NCBI RefSeq assembly: GCF_033878955.1
Contig: NZ_CP138858.1
Span: 2,556,803-2,620,802, forward strand
Direction: 5' to 3'
DNA from: Coraliomargarita algicola
Lineage (GTDB): Bacteria; Verrucomicrobiota; Verrucomicrobiia; Opitutales; Coraliomargaritaceae
Length of the DNA stretch: 64,000 nucleotides
Of this stretch, positions 54,504 through 64,000 are shown one piece after another. Each line of letters begins with the position of its first letter. The stretch's first letter is position 1. The notes below the pieces were generated by a model that was not told where the DNA came from, searched no databases, and saw nothing but the letters and a program-made list of their open reading frames with translations. Position numbers and translations under genes: made by a program.

Positions 54504-55340
54504 CTAAAAAAGTAATGTTTGAGCATCATAAGGTGTGGGAACGACACTGATGATCACATAAGGATTGGGTGCACGTTTGTTGTGGTGCTGCAAAGTTGTG
54601 CCTAGCACGAGGGTGAGATCGTATTTTCCGCTTTGAACGAAAGTGTCCCAATACTTTTCGCGCACCTTCTGAACAGCAACCGCTTCATCTCCATCCGCAT
54701 TTTTTAGACAGTTCCAATAGAGTGCACCGATTTCCCAATCCTCAATCATCAGCTTCGGCGTTTTGCCACTGACATCTTTGAATTTATAGGAGAATTTATA
54801 AGGCAATTTTTTGACCACCTTGAACTCTTCTTCAATCGTCGCCTCGTCTTTAAACAGATCAAATTGCTGCTTCTGCGCTTCTAACAACTCAAGCTTCTTG
54901 GGATTCCACTCACGATCCGTTTTTTCGACGACAAAATCCGTCATCTCTTGGGGTTTATAATGTGCCAATGAGGCGAGATTCCCATGCGCTTGTTCGATTA
55001 ATTCCGCGATGTTCGTCTCTAGTGCGACTTGATTGTGGAAGGCTTCTTTCCGAGCCAACCATTTATCCGCAGTCGGGATTGGTCCGCCGATTAACTTCAG
55101 ACTATCCGGATTTTTGATCTTATAACTTTCTGGGCGACCATCAGTGGTCGATTTCTCGATATCCGCTTCGACCCACTGATACTTCTGATACTGACTGCCG
55201 TCCTGTAGCTGGCGAAAGCACACTGGATAAATACGTCGCCATTCCCCGCTTTCATTCACTCCCGCGGTACAGACTAATTCAGCATACTTGCTCGACAGCG
55301 TGGGGTAGGTTTTTACAGCTATCAGAATTCGCTCGATCAT
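54504..55340 (-). CDS. hypothetical protein (no recognisable motifs)
   Basis: ORF sits between the helicase (7-bp gap) and the Panacea-DUF488 gene (4-bp overlap). Confidence 0.5.
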   Translation of the reverse strand: MIERILIAVKTYPTLSSKYAELVCTAGVNESGEWRRIYPVCFRQLQDGSQYQKYQWVEADIEKSTTDGRPESYKIKNPDSLKLIGGPIPTADKWLARKEAFHNQVALETNIAELIEQAHGNLASLAHYKPQEMTDFVVEKTDREWNPKKLELLEAQKQQFDLFKDEATIEEEFKVVKKLPYKFSYKFKDVSGKTPKLMIEDWEIGALYWNCLKNADGDEAVAVQKVREKYWDTFVQSGKYDLTLVLGTTLQHHNKRAPNPYVIISVVPTPYDAQTLLF

Positions 55341-56251
55341 AGATGCGTTACTTTGTAACCAATATCGGCCTCAAGTAAATCGCTAATGCAATGACGGTGA
55401 CAACAATGAGGCTCCGCTTCGAAACAAGTCAACGCGACACGTTTGTTTTGCTCAATCACCTCTTGTAAACGTTCCAAGCCTTCACGGCGGGTCGGAAGTT
55501 CTTCTCGATAGCCCGCAAAGAGACGCTCGTAATCGGCCATCGAGTTAAGCTCCTGCCGCTTATCAGACTCAATCCCTAACTCTGGAAAATGGACGTATTC
55601 GATCCCAAGCTTCGGTAAGACCTTGCTTAGCATTCTCGAAGAAAACCCAAATTTACGACTCAGTGGATTACGTCGCACATCACAAAGCACGGACACTCGA
55701 TTGCGAATGAGTTTATTCAAATATTCCTCAAAATGAATACCTTCGTAACCAATGGTAAAAACGATCACTTCTTCTGGTTTCACTTCAGGTAATGAGGCCG
55801 CCACCGCATTTAACTCCTCCTGGCTGAGCAGACGTTCCTTCATTTCGCTGTGGATTGCATAGAAAGGGAAGCGACGATAGGTCGTGTGCACCAAGTCCTC
55901 TCCGCGTTCTGGATGACGATAAAGCCAGCGCTTAACTGCACGCCGTTCTTCGTTCTGACGCGCCCAACTCTCGCGGCTAATATCTTCAACTAATGAGAAC
56001 TCCTTCTCACCTACTGAAATCCAGCCCCGTTTGTCCATCAGGTCAAGGTCATCGGCGGCCAGAAAAGAGTAGCAACCATAGCGAAAAGGCACGAAAGCAT
56101 AATGCTCAGCCTCTTTCTCTGCATGATAAAGAAAGAGGAGTTTTTGCAGATCCATTTTAGACACCGCCCCATCCAACGCCTCCAAAAAGAATAGAAGAAG
56201 TCGTTGGCGCTTATAGGTCGGCGCCTTTGGTTTTACTGAACGAGTGATCAT
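55337..56251 (-). CDS. Panacea (DUF4065/SocA-like)-DUF488 fusion protein
   Basis: N-terminus MDLQKLLFLYHAE...FVPFRYGCYS resembles the GepA/Panacea antitoxin domain. The C-terminal ~150 aa resemble DUF488 (YeaO-like). Confidence 0.5.
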   Translation of the reverse strand: MITRSVKPKAPTYKRQRLLLFFLEALDGAVSKMDLQKLLFLYHAEKEAEHYAFVPFRYGCYSFLAADDLDLMDKRGWISVGEKEFSLVEDISRESWARQNEERRAVKRWLYRHPERGEDLVHTTYRRFPFYAIHSEMKERLLSQEELNAVAASLPEVKPEEVIVFTIGYEGIHFEEYLNKLIRNRVSVLCDVRRNPLSRKFGFSSRMLSKVLPKLGIEYVHFPELGIESDKRQELNSMADYERLFAGYREELPTRREGLERLQEVIEQNKRVALTCFEAEPHCCHRHCISDLLEADIGYKVTHL

Positions 56252-56316
56252 TATTTTAAGATTGAATCAATGTATGCTTTGAAGCAAAGCTGAAATTTCC
56301 TCATAAAGAGACTCGA

Positions 56317-57066
56317 TCATTTCACGCTCAAATCCTTCGTTTTACGATCAATTTTAATATAACGGTCAAGGTATGGAATTATTTCAGGATGCTGGAACGC
56401 TGGTGCATAAGATGATCTATAATACCCTTCTTCTGATTGAACTCTTCTCCGACTTGAAGTTGAATAATATAAATTTTTATAAATCAGCGCAGGTCGAGAC
56501 AAGTGCCCCTTCTTTTCTAGGATCGCTTCAAGCAGACCACCTACAATTTTATAAGCAAGTGGATTGCTTACCGCGTTTTTAATCGACTCAAGCTCTAGAG
56601 AGAGCGAATTAACAATTTTATTCTCTGTTTCTATTTCATAATCTAAAACTCGGCAATATCGCCTAATAAACCAAACAGTCTCATCAAGTTTCCACACTTC
56701 ATACGGATCTGTATGGTGGGACCTTTCAAAATATCGAGATGGAGTGTTCTTCTGTAATCTCTTGATGAATTCGTAAACATTGTCGTTCAATTCCAACTCA
56801 AATTTCAGTTCCTTTGTTTTAAGAAGGCACTGATCAATACTATGCTGAACCTTCTTTGCCTCGACACGATTGAAGAGCAAAATTGCCTTTAAGTATTTTT
56901 CGATACATTGCTGCGCTAAGGCTAAATATTGAGGTATTAAGCCATTGTGATAGCAAACTCTCGCTGCAATATAATCTTGATCAGCGATTTCACGGAACAC
57001 TCTAACCGCATAAGTATTAATGGCACATTTAATTGAGTGAGGTTCACTAGTTATGTCGTCACTCAT
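56317..57066 (-). CDS. HEPN-like protein (Rx4-6H motif)
   Basis: RYFERSHH fits the HEPN Rx4-6H motif. The gene is strongly AT-rich relative to its flanks and overlaps the MTase stop by 4 bp. Confidence 0.45.
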   Translation of the reverse strand: MSDDITSEPHSIKCAINTYAVRVFREIADQDYIAARVCYHNGLIPQYLALAQQCIEKYLKAILLFNRVEAKKVQHSIDQCLLKTKELKFELELNDNVYEFIKRLQKNTPSRYFERSHHTDPYEVWKLDETVWFIRRYCRVLDYEIETENKIVNSLSLELESIKNAVSNPLAYKIVGGLLEAILEKKGHLSRPALIYKNLYYSTSSRRRVQSEEGYYRSSYAPAFQHPEIIPYLDRYIKIDRKTKDLSVK

Positions 57067-59732
57067 TTCTTCCCCTCCTGTTCTTTTGCGATCATGGCTT
57101 CGTAGCGTTTGAAGAGATGTTCGAGGCGTTCTTCGTCGGAGGTGAAAGGTGCTTTTTGGTAGAGGCGGTCGACGGTGAGATCGAGTGCTTGGTGCGCGGC
57201 ACGCAGGCCGGCGGGCATTTTGTCCGGATCATAGAGCTGAGCCATCGTCTTTTCCGGATGGTTCTCGCGCTCTTGCAAGACCTGCATCACCTGCGTCGTT
57301 AGTTCCTGCTTTTGCGTAGCGCTTAAGTTGGGGACGGGGAAGGTGTTATAGCAGAGCCCTGCCGAATAACGATAGTCGGTTTTTAAACGTCCCGCCACTG
57401 CGCGCACCCAAGTCATGTGCATGCGAGAGGTGAGTAGGCCGAAGATAGTGGGATCGGCGTCGTAGATTGCGTATGCGAGATTAGATATGACGGTATCTTT
57501 ATCCAGAAAACCAGATGGCACATATTCGCGTCGTTCTGAACTCACTTCTGGAATGATGACCGATTCAGATTTCTGATACCGAATTTCGCTAAATGCATGT
57601 GCCCTCTCTGCATCCTCTCGGGTCGTGGCTTTCTGGCTAGCTAATCGCATTTCTCGAACTTGATTAATACGATTAAATACTGGCTTAGTCTCAAGTGCTT
57701 GTTGCAGGTCTTGATTTTCGATCCAAAGACAATAGCGAACACTGCCTCTAATAAATTCAACTGAGCCAATGTATTTCTTTAATAACGAAGCAGCCGATGG
57801 GTATTCTTCAATCAGGCTCCGGCGCTCTTCTACGGACAAGATCAAATTACCACCATCAACAGGTTTACTACCATAACTGATCGGGGGCAGGTTTGAGATG
57901 GACCGTGAACGCTTAAATACGATTACATCTGCCCCAGTTGATAGATAAGGATTGATCACTTTTACGTGACTAGCCAAGCCTCCACGATAGAGAATTGCGG
58001 CCTCATTTGATTTAACCCGGAGCCCAACAATCGCACAGGTGACGCCTGCATTCCCTTTCGCGTTATTTGTCCATTTGAATGACTGATGCGCAAATCCAAT
58101 TTCTAAGCCACGCTTTAAAACATGAGGCCACAGCAATGCGACCTGTTCGCCCTGACAAATCGAATTAGTAGTCACAAATGCAGCTTTTATGTTGGAATTC
58201 GTGATAAACTTTCCCGCCTTAAAAAACCAACAAGCAATGAAGTCTAAATTCTTGTAGCCCTTTATTCCTGTAAAAACATACGCCATATCGGATTTGTGCA
58301 AAGCAGTCTGCATGCTGGCTCCCAGATACGGCGGATTGCCCAAGATATAAATCTCATCGCCGTCTTCCTTCGGGCAGACGCTTTCCCAATCGATGCGGCA
58401 GGCGTTGGCGCATTTAATATTGGCTCCATCGCGGAGCGGGAGGTTGTCGGGAGCTTGGCCGCAGACACGTTTAGACTCCAAGTTCATCTGATGCTCGGTC
58501 AACCAAAGCGCCAGCACGGCGGTCTCGGCGGCGAAGTCGGCAATTTCGATGCCGTAGAACTGGCTGACTTGTAGGCCTGAAAGTGGGAGTTCGCCGGTTG
58601 TCCGCTGCAACTCTTGAAAGATGTCCATCTCCAAGCGACGCAGCTCCTTGTAGGCGATGATCAGGAAATTACCCGAACCACAGGCAGGGTCGAAGATTTT
58701 CACCTTAGCGATGCGTTCCAGCAGACGATGGAGTGCTTGTGATTGGCCGCGCCGGAGGCTGCAGGCCTTTTCAAAGGCCTCACGAAAATCGTTTAAAAAG
58801 AGCGGCTCGATCACCTTCATGATGTTGGTCACCGAGGTGTAGTGCTGCCCTAGATTGTGCCTTTCTTCGGGATCGATCACCGCTTGGAACATCGAACCGA
58901 AAATGTCGGGGTTGATGTCGGCCCAGCTAAGCTCACCCGCTTCCAGCATCATGCGGCGCGCCTTCATCGAGAACTCAGGAATCGGAAAATGCTCACGAAA
59001 GAGTCCACCATTCACATAGGGCAGGCTCTGCAAGTGTTGCGGTAGGCCCGCGCGCGATTTACGGTCGAGAATATCGAACAGTCGCACAAAAAAGTCGTGC
59101 AAGTCGCTACCGTCGGCCGCGGTGTGTGAGGCAATGGCGTTACTGATCGCATTCTCTTCCGGAAAGATGCCGGTGTCCTCCGCATAAAAGCAGAACAGCA
59201 AGCGCGCCAGAAAGACATTCATGGCATGGCTATTGGCTTCCACGAACTCCGGATTGTGAGAGCGGATCGCATCAAATAGCTTGGCCATGCGCTCAGCAGC
59301 CTTGATGTCGGCTGGGTTCTCGTTGGAAAGTTTGGTCTTCTCCATCCCTGCTAGCGGCAGGAAGAAGTCGAAATGGCTCGGCAAGTCCGCCAATTTACAG
59401 TCCAGCGTGTCGTCCGTCTTACGATCCAGCGCCACCAGATGTTGAAAATCAGTGACCAACAAAAAGCGCGGATCATTGGACAGCATGGCTTTGTCCGACT
59501 TCAACGTATCCAGAGTCGCAAACAAATCGCCCTCGGTCGGCTTAAAGTAGAGCTTCTTCTTAAACAACAAGTCGCCCTCCAGCTTAGCCAAATTCATCGT
59601 GCCCGACTTCAGACGTGTGACATTCGCCTGCGGCGTGCCATAGGCTTCAAGAAATGCATAGATAAACTCGCTTTGCTCGGGGAGTTTCCGAACTAGTGAT
59701 GTAATGTTGTCAGCGACCTCAAAGTAATGCAT
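57063..59732 (-). CDS. MmeI/YeeA-family N6-adenine DNA methyltransferase (Type IIL/IIG-like, 889 aa)
   Basis: Motif I FDPACGSGNFL and motif IV GNPPY. MmeI-like N-terminal region and a C-terminal TRD-like region. Confidence 0.75.
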   Translation of the reverse strand: MHYFEVADNITSLVRKLPEQSEFIYAFLEAYGTPQANVTRLKSGTMNLAKLEGDLLFKKKLYFKPTEGDLFATLDTLKSDKAMLSNDPRFLLVTDFQHLVALDRKTDDTLDCKLADLPSHFDFFLPLAGMEKTKLSNENPADIKAAERMAKLFDAIRSHNPEFVEANSHAMNVFLARLLFCFYAEDTGIFPEENAISNAIASHTAADGSDLHDFFVRLFDILDRKSRAGLPQHLQSLPYVNGGLFREHFPIPEFSMKARRMMLEAGELSWADINPDIFGSMFQAVIDPEERHNLGQHYTSVTNIMKVIEPLFLNDFREAFEKACSLRRGQSQALHRLLERIAKVKIFDPACGSGNFLIIAYKELRRLEMDIFQELQRTTGELPLSGLQVSQFYGIEIADFAAETAVLALWLTEHQMNLESKRVCGQAPDNLPLRDGANIKCANACRIDWESVCPKEDGDEIYILGNPPYLGASMQTALHKSDMAYVFTGIKGYKNLDFIACWFFKAGKFITNSNIKAAFVTTNSICQGEQVALLWPHVLKRGLEIGFAHQSFKWTNNAKGNAGVTCAIVGLRVKSNEAAILYRGGLASHVKVINPYLSTGADVIVFKRSRSISNLPPISYGSKPVDGGNLILSVEERRSLIEEYPSAASLLKKYIGSVEFIRGSVRYCLWIENQDLQQALETKPVFNRINQVREMRLASQKATTREDAERAHAFSEIRYQKSESVIIPEVSSERREYVPSGFLDKDTVISNLAYAIYDADPTIFGLLTSRMHMTWVRAVAGRLKTDYRYSAGLCYNTFPVPNLSATQKQELTTQVMQVLQERENHPEKTMAQLYDPDKMPAGLRAAHQALDLTVDRLYQKAPFTSDEERLEHLFKRYEAMIAKEQEGKK

Positions 59733-60116
59733 CCAGACAACAAAGTGACTATTCTTGACTGCGTCAATTAAGTTAAAAATCCGTCAAATCGCATTAGTAT
59801 AAATAGAAACCGCTTCGCCAATTCGATAGACTCATGCTTGTCGAACGAACTTCGCTACAAACGACTCTCCCGAGGCACGAACTTCTTACTGCATTGTTAT
59901 ACATAGCAGGGGTACCAAACAAATCAGCACCAACACCAAATCTAGCAAAAGCGACTAAACTCACAGCTACGTGGCAATGGTGAGTATTCAAATATAGGAT
60001 ACGATTAAGTTTCGTTTTTTGAGACTTAAAAAGAGCTTGCATACACATTTGCATCGCCTCAAAAGCTAGTTTGGCACGAAAAAAGCTCTAGCGAGCAATC
60101 ACCACACACAACCATT

Positions 60117-60686
60117 ATGCGATCTACATCTAAACTCCCCATCGTATGCCTCGTAGCACTTTTCGTAGCGGGTTCAGCCTCAGCCGCAGTCAACGTAACA
60201 CTTGAGGCGGTGGGGGTCGACGTCGTTGCGACAGTAACTGGCACTGCCAATCTTACAGATCTGACTTATGAAGACTCCGGTAACTTTGGCGGTGGCGGGC
60301 TCTCGAGTAGCGCGGGTTCGTTTTTAGTAGGAACAGGTGAATTTGACATATACTCCCTCCTGCCCTCGATCCCATTTGGACCTGGGGGAAATTTCACGAG
60401 CGACAGCAACACGGGGAGTGCGCTTGGAGTATTTTTCTATACTACAATTACCACATTGCTAGTGCCCGCTGACTACGCTTCTGGCGAGAGCCTCAATGCA
60501 ACATCGACCTTCAATAACAAGACAATCGCAGATATCGGCGCGACGCCAGGCAGCTACGTATGGAACTGGGGGACTGGTGCAAACGCCGACAGCGTCACGC
60601 TGACCGTCGTGCCCGAAAGCAACACTTACGCGGCTCTGGCTGGTATCTTCGCACTGGCCTGCGTGGCGATGCGTCGACGCAAGTAG
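60117..60686 (+). CDS. PEP-CTERM-anchored secreted protein
   Basis: Signal peptide and a C-terminal VPESNTYAALAGIFALACVAMRRRK. Confidence 0.8.
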   Translation: MRSTSKLPIVCLVALFVAGSASAAVNVTLEAVGVDVVATVTGTANLTDLTYEDSGNFGGGGLSSSAGSFLVGTGEFDIYSLLPSIPFGPGGNFTSDSNTGSALGVFFYTTITTLLVPADYASGESLNATSTFNNKTIADIGATPGSYVWNWGTGANADSVTLTVVPESNTYAALAGIFALACVAMRRRK

Positions 60687-60734
60687 TGCTTTAAATTCAA
60701 GTTGCCATCTTGGGCGCGTGGACTGAAGTTCTGG

Positions 60735-61405
60735 CCATGCTCCCGATTCACGAACAGTTTTATACCTTCCAAGGCGAAGGCGTGCACGCGGGCCGAGCGG
60801 CTTATTTTATTCGCACCTTTGGTTGTCCGGTGCATTGCCCTTGGTGTGATTCTGCGGGGACTTGGCACCCGGACTATATTCCCGAAAAAATCCAACGCTT
60901 CTCGGTCGAGACTCTGGTCACGGAAGTAGCCAAGACCAAGGCTGAGTTTGTCGTCGTCACCGGCGGCGAGCCCGCAATTCACAATCTAGCGCCCCTAGTC
61001 GATGCGCTGCATGCAATCGAACAAAAGGTGCATTTAGAAACGAGCGGTGCCTTTGAAATCAAGGGGGACTTCGACTGGATCACCCTCAGCCCGAAACGCT
61101 GGAAGCTGCCGCTAGCGGTCAACCTTGAGCGCGCGGACGAATTTAAAATCATCGTCGATCGCGAGGAAGCGATTGAGGAATACGCCGAGGTGATCGGAGC
61201 AACGACCAAGCCCGTTTGGCTACATCCTGAATGGTCGAGGCACAACGATGCCGCCACCTTAGACGCGATTACGGAATGGGTGAAAGCGCAGGGCGCCCCC
61301 TACCGCGCAGGCTGGCAGATGCACAAACACTATGCAGCCGACCTCAAAGACACGCGCAGCGCACCCGCCGCCCCTTTAGGCGGTGATCCGAAACAGGGCT
61401 TCTGA
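60735..61405 (+). CDS. queE: 7-carboxy-7-deazaguanine synthase (radical SAM)
   Basis: [12 protein letters not shown] (CxxxCxxC) and a QueE-like sequence. Confidence 0.8.
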
Positions 61406-61507
61406 TAGTGTCCGTTTATGTCAGCTCGAAGAAAACTGCTCTCACACAGCGCGGACGTGACAAGTCGCGCCCCTACAAATAGCATCCGCATGAGCAGCTA
61501 AAAAAAG

Positions 61508-61537
61508 CCCGCGCAGTTTTCACTGGGCGGGCTTCGG
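61508..61537 (-). terminator. rho-independent terminator after the PPIase gene
   Basis: agcccgcccagtgaaaactgcgcgggct followed by ttttttt on the minus strand. Confidence 0.5.
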
Positions 61538-61558
61538 AAATGAATGTAGCGAAATCGC

Positions 61559-62731
61559 TTAATCGACGAGGTAGGCCTTCACGATTTTTTGCTCTTCGAC
61601 GGGCTTGTCGCCGGCACCGGTTTCGACCTTCTCAATCTTCACCACGTTGTCATAGCCTTTCACGACTTTACCAAAAATGGTGTGCTTGTCGTTGAGCCAC
61701 TCAGGCTTGCTGGTGGTAATAAAAAACTGACTACCGTTTGTCATGGGACCGGAATTGGCCATCGCGAGCATGCCTTCGCTGTCGAAACGAGCTTCAGGGC
61801 TGAACTCATCGGGAAAATTCTTGCCCCAGATGGACTCGCCACCGGTGCCTTGGCCCAAGGGGTCGCCACCTTGAATCATAAAGCCATCGATCACACGGTG
61901 AAAGATGAGATCATTGTAATAGCCGTCTTCGATGTGACCCACAAAGTTCGCCACAGCAAGCGGTGCGATGCTGGGCATTAACTCGATTTCGACATCACCT
62001 TGTGTCGTTTCGAGCACGATGTTAAAGTTGTCCTTCTCCTTCCACTCATCCGCAACATCCTTAAACTCGGCCATAGCGGCTTCTTGTGCTGCAGCCTGAG
62101 CTGCCATCATTTCAGCTTGCTGCGCTTGCATGCTCGCTTGAGCGGCTTGAATACGAGTCTGAATGAACTCCTGGAAAGCAGGCATCTTGGCCTCTAAGCT
62201 AGGATCTGGAGCCTGGTCCATGGCGCCCTTGGCGAAACCTTTGCTAATCTTGCCAGCTTCTTCACTGCCGAAACCGAGTTGCTGTAATCCGGACTGCATC
62301 ACGATCACAGCACCAATCTTTTGCAATGAAGCGGAGCTGATGCTGGGAAATTCTTCCGCTGCAGCCTGAATGGCTTCGGCGCGTGCTTGTGCCTCGGCAA
62401 ATGCGGCTTCGACATCAGCTTGATCGAACGCACGCAGATCCAACTCGCCTGTTAAACCTTTTTCAAGACCATCGGCAAGCACCGCCACTTGCTCTGCGTC
62501 GAGCTGTAAGGAAGCCACACCACCGCCTTGAGCTGTGAGATAGCCTACAATTTCGATCAACTCGTCTTCGGACACTTCCACAGCTTCAACGGCTGCGGCG
62601 ACTGCTGGAGTGGCGTGGTCGTGACCGGCGTGATCATGTCCCGCGTGATCGTGACCTGCGTGATCTTGAGCAAATGCTGGAGTCGCGGCCATTAGCGCCA
62701 CGAGAAGAAATCGATACGATTTGGAATACAT
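61559..62731 (-). CDS. secreted cyclophilin-type peptidyl-prolyl isomerase with His-rich N-terminal extension
   Basis: C-terminal FHRVIDGFMIQGGDP cyclophilin core. N-terminal signal peptide followed by (HAGHD)x3. Confidence 0.85.
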   Translation of the reverse strand: MYSKSYRFLLVALMAATPAFAQDHAGHDHAGHDHAGHDHATPAVAAAVEAVEVSEDELIEIVGYLTAQGGGVASLQLDAEQVAVLADGLEKGLTGELDLRAFDQADVEAAFAEAQARAEAIQAAAEEFPSISSASLQKIGAVIVMQSGLQQLGFGSEEAGKISKGFAKGAMDQAPDPSLEAKMPAFQEFIQTRIQAAQASMQAQQAEMMAAQAAAQEAAMAEFKDVADEWKEKDNFNIVLETTQGDVEIELMPSIAPLAVANFVGHIEDGYYNDLIFHRVIDGFMIQGGDPLGQGTGGESIWGKNFPDEFSPEARFDSEGMLAMANSGPMTNGSQFFITTSKPEWLNDKHTIFGKVVKGYDNVVKIEKVETGAGDKPVEEQKIVKAYLVD

Positions 62732-62901
62732 ATAAGTGTTGTGTGAATAGAATTTCGGGGTGAAAGGCCGCTAGATTTGCGCCTCGAATCAAAAGGTCAA
62801 CTGACTATCTTGATTTTGAAGAGACAGAGCCTGAACAATAAAGTTCATAATTAGCTCCCTTTAAGCGATCGGGCTCACTGTTGATCGCCTGCGATTGCCG
62901 T

Positions 62902-64000
62902 CTATCCGAGATCGTATTGATCGATCCGCTTACGCAAGGTCGCACGTGTCATCCCGAGTATTTCAGCGGCGCGAACTTGCTTCCCACCGGACTCTCCAAG
63001 TGCACGGGCAATCAGTGCACGTTCGGCATGTTCCAAAATGTTGGTATCATGCGAATCACGTAATGCCTGGTAAACGGCATCATAGGGATCGGGAAGTGGC
63101 TGCCCCAACAGGGTTGTAGGGTCGGGTGCAGGCACTCGCTCGGCCACTGCCGCAGTTTCCATAGTTTCCTGAGGGGCGACTTCAACGACTGCGTCTTCCG
63201 CAACAGGCTCGACTTCGGTGGTAGATGGCTCAGGCGCGGCCGATGGAGACGCGGCATGGATCGCCTTCACGACTTCTTGTGGCAGATCTTTGATCAGAAT
63301 CATGTCGCCCTGCGCCAGCACTGCGCTGCGGTAAATGAGATTCTCGAGTTCGCGCACGTTGCCTGGCCAGCGATATTGATTGAGCAGGGCCAGTGCTTCG
63401 GGCGAAATGGACTTGGTGTCGGCCTTGCTGTCACGGGCGAGGCGCTTCAACACGAAGTCGATCAGTTTCGGCACATCCTCTTTGCGCTCACGCAGCGGCG
63501 GCAATTGAATGCGAACGACATTAAGACGGTAATAAAGGTCTTCGCGGAAGGTCTTGTCTTTGACCATTTCTTCCAGCGGCTTATTCGTGGCCGCCAGCAT
63601 GCGGACGTTGACCTTGATGGTCTCGCTGCTGCCGACGCGTTGAATCTCGCCTTCTTGTAGGGCGCGCAGGATTTTGGTCTGAGTGGTCAACGCCATGTCG
63701 CCAATCTCATCGAGGAAAATCGTGCCTCCATCACAGAGTTCGAACTTACCGATACGTTGATTGGTCGCACCAGTGAAAGAGCCTTTTTCATGGCCGAAGA
63801 GCTCGCTCTCGATCAAATTTTCCGGAATCGCTGCGCAATTGACTGCGATATAGGGCTTCTGGGCACGCAGACTATTTTGATAAATAGCACGAGCGATCAG
63901 CTCCTTACCGGTGCCACTCTCACCAGTCACCATCACGGTGACATCGCTGGCGGCGACTTGACCGATCATTTTAAAAACTTCCTGCATCGCGGAAGAGCTT
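62902..64000 (-). CDS. sigma-54-dependent transcriptional activator (NtrC family), N-terminus beyond window
   Basis: GESGTGKE Walker A, GAFTGA-like region and a C-terminal Fis-type HTH. The frame is open to the window edge. Confidence 0.85.
   Translation of the reverse strand, partial: SSSAMQEVFKMIGQVAASDVTVMVTGESGTGKELIARAIYQNSLRAQKPYIAVNCAAIPENLIESELFGHEKGSFTGATNQRIGKFELCDGGTIFLDEIGDMALTTQTKILRALQEGEIQRVGSSETIKVNVRMLAATNKPLEEMVKDKTFREDLYYRLNVVRIQLPPLRERKEDVPKLIDFVLKRLARDSKADTKSISPEALALLNQYRWPGNVRELENLIYRSAVLAQGDMILIKDLPQEVVKAIHAASPSAAPEPSTTEVEPVAEDAVVEVAPQETMETAAVAERVPAPDPTTLLGQPLPDPYDAVYQALRDSHDTNILEHAERALIARALGESGGKQVRAAEILGMTRATLRKRIDQYDLG

Overview
This is a GC-rich bacterial window whose features (PEP-CTERM protein, giant Calx-beta/Ig adhesin, GlgE pathway) fit a PVC/Verrucomicrobia-like genome. 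All calls below come from reading the translated ORFs and the raw sequence; no searches were run.

Housekeeping genes are interleaved with several accessory islands.

- **Housekeeping:** rpsL-rpsG-fusA and an isolated rpsJ, plus nupC-like, folD, proC, glgM-like/glgE, dnaE, ruvB, queE, a cyclophilin PPIase and a sigma54 activator.
- **Island 1 (1-4.1 kb):** an SF2 helicase with a DUF3427 tail, a DUF2726 membrane nuclease-like protein, an HNH endonuclease and a decayed HNH paralog.
- **Island 2 (4.3-20.6 kb):** bounded by two inverted arrays of a composite ~100-bp repeat.
  - Contents: a class-II Fic protein, a second DUF2726 paralog, a NERD/zinc-ribbon protein, a DUF1835/DUF3658 protein, a two-component pair and a 2204-aa adhesin.
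  - A ~55-bp direct repeat brackets the fic-DUF2726-NERD sub-segment.
- **Island 3 (25.6-33.7 kb):** a YqiJ/NfeD-like gene, a flotillin and a 1754-aa coiled-coil AAA+ ATPase in one operon, with a divergent CII-like HTH gene.
- **Island 4 (51.4-59.7 kb, most notable):** a six-gene same-strand cluster on the minus strand.
  - Gene order: MmeI/YeeA-family N6-adenine methyltransferase, HEPN-like protein, Panacea-DUF488 fusion, 278-aa unknown, DExH helicase, T5orf172/GIY-YIG protein.
  - This looks like a yeeABC-type defence core expanded by a toxin-antitoxin-like module and an orphan gene; I am not aware of this arrangement having been described.
- **Minor:** a vapC remnant, a probable frameshift in a sensor kinase at a G6 run, and short tandem repeats.
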